64,000 bases of DNA from positions 10,292,001-10,356,000 of the forward strand of contig OY740814.1 of assembly GCA_963514005.1 (NCBI GenBank), read 5' to 3'. The stretch comes from Raja brachyura (taxonomy: Eukaryota). The notes under the pieces are model-generated. The model was not told the origin of the DNA, did not search any database, and was given only the letters and a program-made list of their open reading frames with translations. Position 1 is the stretch's first letter, and each line of letters opens with the position of its first letter. This document shows, piece by piece, positions 51,270-63,207 of the stretch. A program made the translations under genes and the position numbers.

Positions 51270-51625
51270 CGCGTATAAGACCATGAGAGGAATAGATAGG
51301 GCAGATGACAGCGTCTTTTACCCAGGGTGGGAGAATCAAGACCAGAGGACATAGGTTTAAAGTGAGGGGGAAAAGATTTAAAAGGAACTTAAAGGGCAAC
51401 TTTTTTACACAAAAGGCAGTGGATATATGGAATGAACTTCTAAAGGAGGAAGTTGAGGCAGGTACTATCATAACGTTTAGAAGATATTTGGACAGATATA
51501 TCGATAGGATCCGTATAGAAGGACATGGGTCAAATGCAGGCAGGTGGGACTACCATAGATGGGGCATCTTGGTTGGCATGGGCAAGATTGACTAAAGGGC
51601 CTGTTTCTGTGCTCCATTACTTAGA
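51270..51625 (+). mobile_element. CR1-like 3' end
   Basis: KTRGHRFKVRGKRFKRNLKGNFFTQKAVDIWNEL, followed by the tail aagggcctgtttctgtgct. Confidence 0.9.
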
Positions 51626-52930
51626 CTGTTCATTCATGACTTACTTAAAACATTTCAATATATAATTTAAACCGTTAATAAATTGGCAATATTAGCAATA
51701 CCGGCCATACTGCTAAGAAATTTAAATTATTTTAAACTCTGCCCTCGACATGTCCAATTCAGTTTTGGCCGGCAAGGGGAAGTTGGGCTGAAGGACCTGT
51801 TTCCATGCCGTATGACTCCATGTCTCTATGACTTGATAAAACAAAATAGAAATCATTTGTCCTCTATGTTTTCAAAATAAAAAATATTTGTTATATTTCA
51901 TGAGGTCATTATACCTGCTAAAATAAGTATAGTTATTGAAAGGCAGTGGATATATCAATGTGTAAAACCCACTGTTTGCAACAAAGCTGTAAATGCTGAC
52001 TCTGCTATTTCCAGCCCAATGGAACCCGCGTTAGATGGCAATTGGGATTCCACTTATTAAATCAAAATTGTATGTGCTTGTAATTTATGAATCCATTAAT
52101 AGCCACTTTTTACTTCGTAATGTTTACAATGATGATGAATGAACAGTTCTTTGTTTTGGTAGTGTCTTCAAACTATATTCAAAATAATTAGTTAGCCATC
52201 GCGTTATAAAAGAGAATCAGTTGTTAATGTAAGGAGATTCCCTCACCAGAACAAAACATAACTATGTAGTGATAAACTTATTTTGCATGTGTCCTACTGT
52301 AAACATATCAATTTCACTGGAAAGTCTATTGATATTAGCGATGAATGATCTGTGGCATCTACTTATCTTTGCTCAGTCAGAATGTTGAATTCATGTTTCA
52401 CTCCTGAGACCTGAGCAAATGATTACGAGTGATGCTTCTGCACATGTCTAAGGAAGTACTACACAGCCGAAGATGCCACTTTTAAATGAGATATTTAACT
52501 GGGGCTCTATCTGTATATCCATCGGCACCAAACAGTGTCACTCATTTCTGTGAATTCTCCTTGTACATTGTTGTTAGTTTGTTGAATGCAGCTCAACATA
52601 AAATGGCTGTGAAGCTATTGGGCATTCTGAATGGATGAAAGCCACATATTAAATGCAAATTTGTTTTTGCTATTGTTTATGTGAGGAGTTTGAATTAATT
52701 TCTGAGAGCAGTTTTAATTAGTCTGAATTTTTAACCTTTTACACTTTTTAAGTATTTACTAATCAGTATTGATTAGATAATGTAGCAATGAAAAATAGCA
52801 ATCTAAAATGGGACATACAAGTTGGTTGAAAATAATACCAAGTTTTAATTTGTAAGCATTTCCCATAACATCACATTGCTTTCTGTGAATATGTTGTGCT
52901 CAAAATATTTTCTGCCTATTCAAAAAATAG

Positions 52931-52984
52931 AAGATTGTGCCCCCTGGATTCCAGAGTTACTAGTTTGTCATCATGGACAAGATG
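52931..52984 (+). other. Possible 54-nt phase 1-1 mini-exon or relic resembling the start of the CEMIP-family G8 exon
   Basis: tag|AA GAT TGT GCC CCC TGG ATT CCA GAG TTA.. encodes DCAPWIPELLVCHHGQD. Splice sites are weak. Confidence 0.25.
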
Positions 52985-54844
52985 GTATCTATCTAAAGAT
53001 ACTAGCAATATAATACACAAAAGTAAAACATTCTGTAAATCTATACATTTCAAATTTAGTCAAAGAGATTAAACAATGTTCTTCACAATCATTTTAAACC
53101 TTTACTTCTGTCTAATATTCCCACAGCTAGTGTTTCTATTTAATATTTATCATCTCCTGTGGAGGGGCATATTTATTATCTACTACTTTAATTTCAGTGA
53201 AAACAAGAACAAGGAATAATGCTATTGTTTTCAATTTCTGTGTTTTTTTTCCCCCAGCATTTACATTTTTTAAATGTTCTACAAATATCAGGTGGTTTAA
53301 GACACATTGAAGAATTTTTGTATACATGCTAAGGATATCTGTGAAGGCATAAAGTTCAGTAAATTACTGCTCAGCCTGCCTGACTGTGCGAGGATTGTGA
53401 GGAATAGCTGTCAGATTTAAAGTGTTTCTGGCAAACCACAAACTTGCTCAAAATGACTACCAAGCAGGCAGAAGGCAGCTTGCAGTTAGAAATGAGGTTA
53501 CTACACTGGAAGAGTAATAGAATGAAAGAACAAACTTGCATTTATAAAGCACCTTTCCCATCAGTGCTAATTAAAACACTGCATAGCTAATAAAGTGTAC
53601 AAGTGCCACTCAGTAGTTTAGTGGTGTAATGGTTACGTTACTGGACTAATCTATTTAGGCAATTTGAAAATGCTGTATGGAATTTGGTACTAAAAGCTGG
53701 TTTCCTGTGAAAGTGACCACAAAACCACTGTCATAAAATCATAACCAACTTACTAATGACTTAACCTGGTATATGAATGCAGCCGTGACTAATGCAAGCC
53801 ACTTGGGTTGTATCAATAACAATGAACTCAAAATGTTGGCACATTCTGAAAATGATTTTTTTAAAATACAGGTAAGAACTAATTTATACTCAAAATGATC
53901 GATATTTCACCTTTATTCATAAAGCTAATGTTTCTATTGAACATAATAGGATATGTGGGCACATTTGTTATCTGGTTCTATAATTAATGAAATTAAGATC
54001 ACAAATTACTGGGGGAAAGAAAGGCTGTTGGTTTGATTGAGAATCACAATGTGATATTAATGCAACAGTGACAGCTGGAAAATCTTCATTTATAGCAACA
54101 TTTCAGTATGTTAAATGTAATAAATGTGAAAAATGATTCAGCATTTTAATCCACATCATATAATATTTATAGGGCTGTTTGTGAGCCGAGTTAAAGCCAT
54201 CCGGTTTTCCCTGATATAAATTTTCCACACTTCTTCCCAATTTCAGTTCTCTTCATAGAATCCCAACTTTGTACTACTCAGCTCAAGAGTCCTGTTCAAC
54301 ATCACATCCCAAATCTTCTGCTGTACAAATCATCAGCCATGGCTTTTGACACCTGCAATCCAGTTTTGTTGGCCTTAGTACCACGGAATAGAAACTTAAT
54401 CCTCATCAATCAGGTTCCGCTCACCCGGCAGCTGTTCCCACCAGCTCTCTCCTTGTTTCCTTTTCTATTTCTATCAAAGTCCCCATTCATAATCAATTTC
54501 CCTTTTCAGATAAATAAAGTTCTATCGTATCATATGGCCTTGTTTTGCCCAACTCGTTTACATTCCAGCAGACACATGCATTCATTCACTGGGCATGGGT
54601 ATTGCGGCCGAGACAAATGTTTATGGCCAGTTGGCAGGAAGTCAGGGGACCTCCTTGCACCTTCTCTCAGGCCGAGCTGTAACAACTGTTTGTAGATCCC
54701 TTGACGAGGATGTGGTGCCTGCCCCTCTTCCTTGGTCTACTGGTATAATTTCAACCTTCTGTAACTTTGATGAATTGGTATGTGTTTAGGTTGGAGCACA
54801 ATGCTGAGATATTAGTTTGACTGGAATATCCATTGATTGAAACA

Positions 54845-55160
54845 TGAGGGCAGTAGAGTGAGATAGCAGGAAGTGCAACTGCCCTCACAGTTACAGCAAC
54901 CTGGGATTGACCCTGACCTCTGCTGCTGTCTGTGTGGAATCTACATATACTTCTGCTGTTTCTAGTTTCTCCCAATCCCATAAACTTGCTGGTTCGTAGG
55001 TTAATTGGCCCCTGTAGATTGCCCCTGGAATAGGTTGGTGGTAAGATATTTTGGTGATGACTCAATGAACATATGGAAAGATTGCAGTGAAATAAATAGG
55101 GTCTTTGGGTTATTTTGTAACATGGCATAGACTTGATCGATGAATGTTCTCCTGTGTCAT
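54845..55160 (+). mobile_element. Degenerate V-SINE (HE1-like)
   Basis: ctgtctgtgtggaat..gtaggttaattggcccctgtagattgccc motifs shared with other SINE copies. Confidence 0.65.
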
Positions 55161-56199
55161 AAAGAAGATTAGTGTATTTCTTTTTAGTGGTGATTTGAAA
55201 TGAGTATGGATTGTGATGATTTTCTTTTTGCTGGTCTGGGGCATCACAGAAGCATCGTTTCAGACCTGCACCAGTGCAAATGTACAGCACTTCTTCATCA
55301 CGGCTTGTCCATTTTTCAAATAGCCTTGGTATCTGTTCCCTATCACTAGAGACCTTCTGGGATAACTTCACCCTTCCTCTCCATCTCCTACTATGCCATC
55401 GTTAACCATTTGGAATCTGAATTTTTACTACTCTCATAAAGTTCCCAGAAACGTTTTTTTTCTAATTTAAGTCTTTTTTATAATGTCATTGGAAAATAGG
55501 TGTCCGTTAATTGGAGAGTATTTAGATTTTAGTTTTGACTTTCAATTGGTTAATATAGAATTTGTTTGAATCGGAATGTTGTCTACAAATTCATATGCCT
55601 GTATGGATCACAATAATTCATATTGATGATATAATGCATTAGCTCTGCAATTGAGAATTAGTTAAATATAATAAAAGGTGTATGAAAACAATTGGAGATG
55701 TTCAAGTAAGCTGCAAGTAGAAGAAACAGCAATGAAACTTGTGATTGCTAAGTCTCTGTTAGAGATTTAGGAACATTGGTATAATGTGTGTTGAGTTACA
55801 GATTTATACATTGCCAAATTAAAACATGTCCTTGGTTCCAATATAAACTCATCAGAAGTAGACTACAATGAAGGGAAATGTGTTGTGTTAGAAACCACCC
55901 ATTCTATGATGTTTATTCTTTGTAACCCTTGTACTCCCTGGTGAGATTTGTAAATTATTTCTTGTTTCCTTTAAAATGCTCAAGGAATAAAATGTAATCC
56001 ACAATGTGTAAAGGGACCCATAAATGGAATCATGAAAAATTCTAGGGCTGTAGGTCAACATTCCTTCACTGAACAGTGGGTGAAACAGCAGCTGATGTAC
56101 ACCATGTGCCCAGAGGTGAAATCTGTTGGGGGGGGGGGGGAGGGGTTAAGTTGAATGTTAAATTTCATGTCAATGCATTGAATGCCAATTAGATTCTCT

Positions 56200-56745
56200 G
56201 AGAGTGAAGAAGAGACAAAAGAAAAGGGAGGGAGTTGAAGAAGGTTTAGCAGGGATAGAAGAAGTGAGACCTCATGAACATGACTGGAGGTGGCAAAAGA
56301 AAGAGATGGGAAGAAGATTGATGGCAAGGCAGGGTGAAGTGAGATTGAGGGATGAAGAGATGGAAGGGAAAAGTGAAACCACTGGGATGTGACCACTGAA
56401 GAGAAAGGAAGAAGGGGAATGAGGAAGTAATGTGGGCTGAATAGCAAAGGGGGGGAGGAAAGGTAGCTAATTGGACAGGGAGCTTGATGGAGGGGTGTGA
56501 AGGACTGAGTAGGTAAGAAAGGATGTGGATGGCAGGAAGAATTAGGACTAGAAAACGACAAAGATTGAAAGAAAGAGGAATGGAAAGAGTGGGAGTGAAG
56601 GATGGAGGGAAGAAAGGAGAGCTGCAAGTAAGGAGGAGTGAAGGATAGAGAATGCTCAGATTATAGGAAGAAGAGGAAGGGAGAGAAGTGAGAATAGTTG
56701 AGAGAATAAGGGAGGGAGGGAGGGTAAGGGCAAAGCATGAACATA
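56200..56745 (+). repeat. Purine-rich low-complexity tract
   Basis: About 550 bp of G/A-rich sequence with no fixed period. It produces the spurious minus-strand L/S/P/F-rich ORFs. Confidence 0.8.
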
Positions 56746-56764
56746 GGTAGATCATTCATCTTAG

Positions 56765-57900
56765 AGTTATAGAGTCATACAGTGTGGAAACAGACCTTTC
56801 AGCCGAACTTGCCCATGATGACCAACATACCCCATTTAAACTAGCCCCACCTGCCTGCTTTTGGTCCTATCCCTCTAAACCCATCTTCTCGAACCTGCTT
56901 GCATTCAATAAGATCTTAGCTGCTCTTTTACTTCAGCACCACTTTTAGAATATAAAACAGTACAGTACAAGAACAGGCCCTTAGGCTCACAATGTCTGTG
57001 CTGAACATGATGCCAAGACCAACTCTTAGCAGCCTGCTCGTAATCCATATCATTCCATTACCTGCATATTCATGTGCCTATCCAAAAGTCTCTTAAATGC
57101 CACTATCGTATCTGCCTCAACCACCACTCCAGGAATTCGCCACCCTCGTTGTAAAAAGACTTCCCCACACATCTTCTTTAAACTTTGCCCCTCTCACCTT
57201 AAAGCTATGCCCACTAGTATTTGATTTTTCCATCCTGGGAAAAAGATTCTTATTATCTATCCTATCTGTGCCTCTCATATGTCCCCATGCAACCTCTGGC
57301 ATTACCCCCTAATCCCAGGCATCATTTTGGTAAACCGCCTCTCAAGAGTCAAGTCAAGAGAGTTTTATTGTCATGTGTCCCAGATAGGACAATCTGTGGC
57401 TGTGGGGAAGATGCTGTTCCTGAACGTGGATGTTTCAGATGTTCACTCTTTCCAAAGCCTCCACATCCTTCCTGACCAGAACTGGATGCAATATTCCAAA
57501 TGCAACCTAATCACCGTCCTATAAAGCTGTATTATGCCTTCCTGGTTCTTATACTCAATGCCCTGAGCTACGAAAACAAGCATACCATATGCCTGCTTTA
57601 CGACTCTAGCTACTTGTGTCGCCACTTGCAATGAGTTGTTCACTTGGACCCCAATATCCCTCTGTACTTCAATGCCATTAATTGTATATTTCCACACATC
57701 ACATTTACTCAGATTGAATTCCATCCACCACAATCCTCTGTCTTCCATCATTAAGCCATTTCTGAATCCATACGACCAAATCATTGTTAATCACATCCAC
57801 CTTAATCTTCTGAGTCAGCCTACCATGGGTGACTTTATTCATATGCCATACTAAAATCCATGTACTAACCCATACCCCTTGACTCCCTCGTCAAAATTGG
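56765..57900 (-). mobile_element. Stacked CR1-like 3' fragments
   Basis: Minus translations SNTSGHSFKVRGAKFKED and LYRTVIRLHLEYCIQFWS. Several CR1 tails. Confidence 0.85.
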
Positions 57901-59429
57901 CACAGATTAGGTGGGCCAGAGGACATTTTCCCGTTCTTTCTGACTCCAAGAATCCAAGCCTCCACACACCTGGGCCCCAGCACCAACCCCTGTGGCACTC
58001 CGTTAGGTTCAGTCTCCAAACCTAGCCCATTAACTAATCTCCAATCAGCAGTATATTACCATAGTATCACATTCCCCAATGAAATCTTATGAAAATTTGA
58101 ATACTGCACAACCACGGGTTTATACTTATGCAATTTTGTTAACTACAATATCAAATCTGATTTCCCTTTCATAAATCTAGGTTGACTGCTGAATCTTATA
58201 ATTTCTTTCAATGTGCCCTTCTATCACTTCCATAATAATAGATTCCTACATTTGCTCTGCAACCAATGTCAGGCTAGCTGGTCTTAAACTGAAAGTTGAC
58301 AATCAATACATCCAATATCTCTACTGCCAGGTTTTACCAAACCTTGAAATGTAAGTCGTGAGTCCCAGGATTTATCGACTTTAAGTTCCATTAATACTTC
58401 CATACATTTTTTGTGTTTTACTGCCTTAAAATTGGAATGTATTTGTCGTAATCTATGTGTTCATTCTCTAAATATCATATTGGTTGTCTACAGTCAGGCA
58501 TTTTTAAAGTAGATTTTCAACTTATCAGAACCATAGGTGCCTCATGCATTCATATTTGGTTTTGTTTAGTTTTAAGATCTGGGTTGCAATAGAACTAATT
58601 CACTTGCAAACTTTTTTAGGTAATATAATCTTTTTTTTTACCCACGTTATTAGTTAGTCCTTTCTCATAGCACATTGAAGTAAAAATAGCCTGTTTTCTA
58701 ATTGGTTCCACAACATAGAACTCTAAAGATCCCATGTTATATGGATACTGTCAATACATCCTCCACCCTACTGCTGCTAATTTGGTTTCCATGGTATATG
58801 CGTAGGTTGAAGTCCACCATGGTTATTGCATTACAATTGCAACATGGAGTGAGGATGAGGGAGGTGTGACAGTGTGATTGAATATGAAGATTGGGGAGGG
58901 AAAAGGATCAATGATCTGAGGTTAATGAGAGGCAACAAAAGGGTTAACTGGAATTGAATGGTGAGAGGTTGTGGTAAGAATGAATGAGGTAGAATGAGAT
59001 GGAACAGCATTTGGCACAACATTTAATGCTGGTGCCTCAATGCTGCAGGGACTTGAGATATATGCTGACCTCGGGTGCTTTCTATAGGAAGTTTGCACAT
59101 TCTCCCTGTGACCACAAGTTTCAGACTAGTGTGCGCTGAAAGGTTAATTGTCTTTTGTAAATTATTCTTATTGGAGGCAAGTAGCGAGGGGGGAGATAAT
59201 GAGAAGGAGATGGGGTGAGGAGGGAAGGGCTAAAGAGGAGCGTGGGTGTGGCGCAGGTGAATAGAAGTGAGAGGGGGCATGAGGTGAGGGTGTAATGGTG
59301 ATGAAAAGGAGATGGGAGAGGTGCGATAAGGATATGGAGGGGGTGGGTGTGAGAGCTGTGGGGGTAAAGTGATGAGGGTGGCGGAGGTGAGCGGTGTGGA
59401 GGGAGGATGAGAAGTGTGCGGGAGTGGGG

Positions 59430-60500
59430 GAGGTGAGGGCTGTGATGGAGATGAGGGGTGTGGAGAGGAGGTGAGGTGCAGGGGTGAGGGGCGTGGATGG
59501 GGGGGATGAGAAGGTGTGAGGGAGGTAAGGTGTGTGATGGATGTGAGGGGTGTGGAGAGGGAGTGAGGGATGTGGATGGGGAGATGAGTGTGAGGGAGGT
59601 GAGGGCTGTGATGGAGATGAGGGGTGTGGAGAGGAGGTGCAGGGGTGAGGGGTGTGGATGGGGAGATGAGTGTGAGGGAGGTGAGGGCTGTGATGGAGAT
59701 GAGGGGTGTGGAGAGGAGGTGCAGGGGTGAGGGGTGTGGATGGGGAGATGAGTGTGAGGGGGGTGAGGGCTGTGATGGAGATGAGGGGTGTGGAGAGGAG
59801 GTGCAGGGGTGAGGGGTGTGGATGGGGAGATGAGTGTGAGGGAGGTGAGGGCTGTGATGGAGATGAGGGGTGTGGAGAGGAGGTGCAGGGGTGAGGGGTG
59901 TGGATGGGGAGATGAGTGTGAGGGAGGTGAGGGCTGTGATGGAGATGAGGGGTGTGGAGAGGAGGTGCAGAGGTGAGGGGTGTGGATGGGGAGATGAGTG
60001 TGAGGGAGGTGAGGGCTGTGATGGAGATGAGGGGTGTGGAGAGGAGGTGCAGGGGTGAGGGGTGTGGATGGGGAGATGAGTGTGAGGGAGGTGAGGGCTG
60101 TGATGGAGATGAGGGGTGTGGAGAGGAGGTGCAGGGGTGAGGGGTGTGGATGGGGAGATGAGTGTGAGGGAGGTGAGGGCTGTGATGGAGATGAGGGGTG
60201 TGGAGAGGAGGTGCAGGGGTGAGGGGTGTGGATGGGGAGATGAGTGTGAGGGAGGTGAGGGCTGTGATGGAGATGAGGGGTGTGGAGAGGAGGTGCAGGG
60301 GTGAGGGGTGTGGATGGGGAGATGAGTGTGAGGGAGGTGAGGGCTGTGATGGAGATGAGGGGTGTGGAGAGGAGGTGCAGGGGTGAGGGGTGTGGATGGG
60401 GAGATGAGTGTGAGGGAGGTGAGGGCTGTGATGGAGATGAGGGGTGTGGAGAGGAGGTGCAGGGGTGAGGGATGTGGATGGGGAGATGAGTGTGAGGGAG
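59430..60500 (+). repeat. 82-bp G-rich minisatellite, about 11 near-identical copies plus degenerate flanks
   Basis: Unit GGGAGGTGAGGGCTGTGATGGAGATGAGGGGTGTGGAGAGGAGGTGCAGGGGTGAGGGGTGTGGATGGGGAGATGAGTGTGA. ORF starts recur every 82 bp (59624, 59706, ...). Confidence 0.97.
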
Positions 60501-60579
60501 GTAAGGGGTGTGATGGATGTAAGGGGTGTGGTGGATGTAAGGGGTGTGGAGAGGGGCGTGAAGGATGTGGTGGTGTCGA

Positions 60580-60790
60580 GGCGGTGTGGAGCTGGGATGG
60601 GGCGGCCGGTTGGGTTACCCCGAGGGCCGGATTCTCCCCCTCGGCGGGCGGGCGGCAGCCGCTCGCTGTCACGGAGGGCGGACCGAGCCAATGAGCACCG
60701 GGAGGCGGGGCGGCGGTGCGGTGTCGCCGGGCGAGGTGAGCGGCCAGCGAGCTGGGTATAAATAGAGCAGTGACTGCCGGCTGCGGGCAG
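60580..60790 (+). promoter_or_regulatory. CpG-island TATA promoter of the CEMIP-family gene
   Basis: GC boxes (60676, ~60700-60713), CCAAT (60688), TATAAATA (60757-60764) in canonical order and spacing. Predicted TSS ~60787. Confidence 0.8.
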
Positions 60791-60945
60791 TCGGCGGCGA
60801 GCGGCGGCGGCGCTGGGACAGACTGACTGACACCAGCCCACAGCGATCAGAGCTTCTCAATCCGCGGCAGACAAATAGACAGACAGACGGACATCAGCGG
60901 CCGGAGCCTGGGAAACGCTCTCTGGCTGCACCCAACTTGCTACAG
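60787..60945 (+). other. Probable non-coding first exon from the proximal promoter
   Basis: GC-rich leader without ATG, ending at donor CAG|GTGCGC. Start inferred from TATA spacing. Confidence 0.5.
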
Positions 60946-61406
60946 GTGCGCACTACCCGGGTGGGTGTTGCGGCGAGCGGGTGGTCGGGACCAGGTTGGC
61001 AGAGGGTGTTGTGCGTGGCGGGAGTGTGTGTGGGGCAGTACTGGTACAGGGAGTTGTGCTGACTGTAGTACGTGCCAAACAGTTTCTGATTTCTAGGCTG
61101 CTAGTTTGTATTTTGTGCTGCCTTCTCCATTGTGATTCTCCATCAACCACCCGCCTGGCCCCTCTACTATAATGTATGGATTATCTATCAATAATCCGTC
61201 GCAAACCTGTCCCTCTTCCGAGGGACATTGACAGCCTTGAAACTAGGATTAAACTCACAGCATCAGCGGCAGGATGAGCCGGAGCCCATTTGTGCACCGC
61301 AACTGGTTTATACAACAGGTGTGTAACTTTCTTGTTATCAACATTTGAACACTATATATTAAGTAATTGCAACCACATGTGATAGTGAATGAGAATTCTC
61401 TTTTAG

Positions 61407-61547
61407 TGGACTGCCCAGATAAGGCCATATATTTATTACCCTGGAACCCTGGACATCATGAAAATAAGAAGGTTAAGATTGGACGGGGAATGTTCCTAAA
61501 ACTGGAGTCTTCTGCCTCGCTACATTCCATTATTATAGAGAACGGGG
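61407..61547 (+). CDS. CEMIP-family (TMEM2/CEMIP2-like) hyaluronidase, first G8-domain exon
   Basis: Acceptor ctcttttag|TG. Encodes DCPDKAIYLLPWNPGH..IGRGMFLKLESSASLHSIIIENG. Donor G|GTAAGT, 141 nt, phase 1-1. Confidence 0.92.
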
Positions 61548-61810
61548 GTAAGTTTAATTTGTTAAATGTCTTTCATACTTGTAAACAATTCCCAAATCAA
61601 ACTGTTTTGCTTCTTTGAGACTCTGTTTTATGCATAGGTTTTCACATTCCTTCCTGACAGAGTAGATACTGCCTTTATTTACAGTTGGAAAGTGTGGGCG
61701 ATGCTAAATGCATCTGAGTTTTGGATTATTTTTGTGATGGGATTTCTGTTCAAGGTAAAAATCACCCCCTGGTGACCATTGGTGACCTTACTATGGACAT
61801 TATTTTGCAG

Positions 61811-62369
61811 GTAAACTCGTGTTCAACGATGCGCCGAGATCCCCTATCACTCTGAAAGCCCGCTATATTCTGATCAGGAACGGCGGCGAGCTGCACATCG
61901 GAGCGGCAAAATGCCCCTATATTTCCAGCGCCACTATTACTCTCTACGGAAAGTCGACAGACGCACTAAACGTGGAGCATTTTGGTCAGAAGTTCATTGG
62001 CGTGGACAAAGGTGGTGTTTTGGAATTGCACGGAAGGAAAACCTTGTCCTGGACATCTTTAGCCCAAACTCTCTACCCCGGTGGCCTGCAGTCTGGGGCT
62101 TACCGCTTTGACAGGTACTGGGGCAGCAGGGGTATCAACATCAGGGTGATCGATCCCGGCACGGCCAAGGTGCTCGCTGCCCACCGTTTCGACACTCACC
62201 TCTGGGCGGATGAGAGCAGGCGGCTGCAGGAGTTTTTACGCCGCCAACCCAGAGGGCGAATAGTGGCCATCGCGGTCGGTGACTCGGCCGCTAGGAGACT
62301 GACGCTGTCTGCCAGGAATGACCTGAGAGAACTGCTGGGGAGCAAAGAGGCGATGCATCTGGGCTACAG
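61811..62369 (+). CDS. CEMIP-family (TMEM2/CEMIP2-like) hyaluronidase, G8/GG-domain exon
   Basis: Acceptor ttttgcag|GT. Encodes YILIRNGGELHIG..CPY..ITLYGKS..FGQKFIGV..GGVLELHG..SWT..RFDTH..ESRRLQEFL..GRIVAIAVGDSAA..LGY. Donor AG|GTGAGC, 559 nt. Confidence 0.95.
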
Positions 62370-63207
62370 GTGAGCCAGCTCGCATCGTGCACGGGTTGTT
62401 GTGCGTGGCCGCGCTCCCACTGCGTTTTGAGGAATGTATTTACATTTTAAATCCAGTTTACTTTCAACAGACAGCAGGACGCGTCCCTGACGTTTACTGC
62501 TCTAATTCAATTCGCGTGATAGATTAAATCTAATCCGGTAAACGAGGCTTTCCGTTTGCTCATTTGTTGCGGCAGTTTTTACCCAAGCCAGTTCCCCTCT
62601 TCCCAATGTTTGCCTGCGTTTATAACTGTGTGACAACAAGATGGAGGAAACCAGAGGCCGGGGCATTCCCTATTCCCCACATGCAGTCGAAAACGTTGCT
62701 TGACGTGCAAGGTATCGATTGTCTTGTCAACTCGGGTGAGATTTTCAACTCGCAGGTTCTTTAGCAGATTTGGATCAAGGCCAAGGGTATCCATTCGCTG
62801 AAGTATATTTTAATGATTGCAATTGGAACCACCATGGACAGCTCCCCGGGTCCTTTCTCGGGCGACTGGTCAGAATGGTTGCAAAGTGACAGCAAAACGC
62901 AAAGTGCTGGAGCTACTCAGCGGGCCAGATAACATCTGTGGAGGGAATGGACAGGAGATGTTTCCTATTGAGACCCTTCCTCGGTTTCCTCCTCCCTCCA
63001 CCAGCACAATAAGTTTTGCTCAGGATTCAAGCATCTGCAGTTACCTGTGTCTCTAAAAAAAATACCATAATTGAAACCCATAATGTGTATGTTTATATAG
63101 TTCACATTATGTATTCATTTGTTTCATACAAGCATATTTGCCATTGTAAATCAATCACAGTGGCAGACAATTTAATTACGATCTTTGCCAATCTTGTCTT
63201 ACTTTAG

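Noticed and set aside
56055-56755. Hydrophobic-looking minus-strand ORFs of 169-190 aa
   Set aside because: They come from a pyrimidine-rich low-complexity strand and have no splice or homology support.
60612-60640. NF-kB-like sites (GGGTTACCCC, GGATTCTCCCC) in the proximal promoter
   Set aside because: Both deviate from the GGGRNNYYCC consensus and are likely to occur by chance in GC-rich DNA.
59168-60841. 557-aa and 480-aa Pro/His/Ser/Thr-rich minus-strand ORFs
   Set aside because: Artefact of the stop-free C-rich strand of the 82-bp array.
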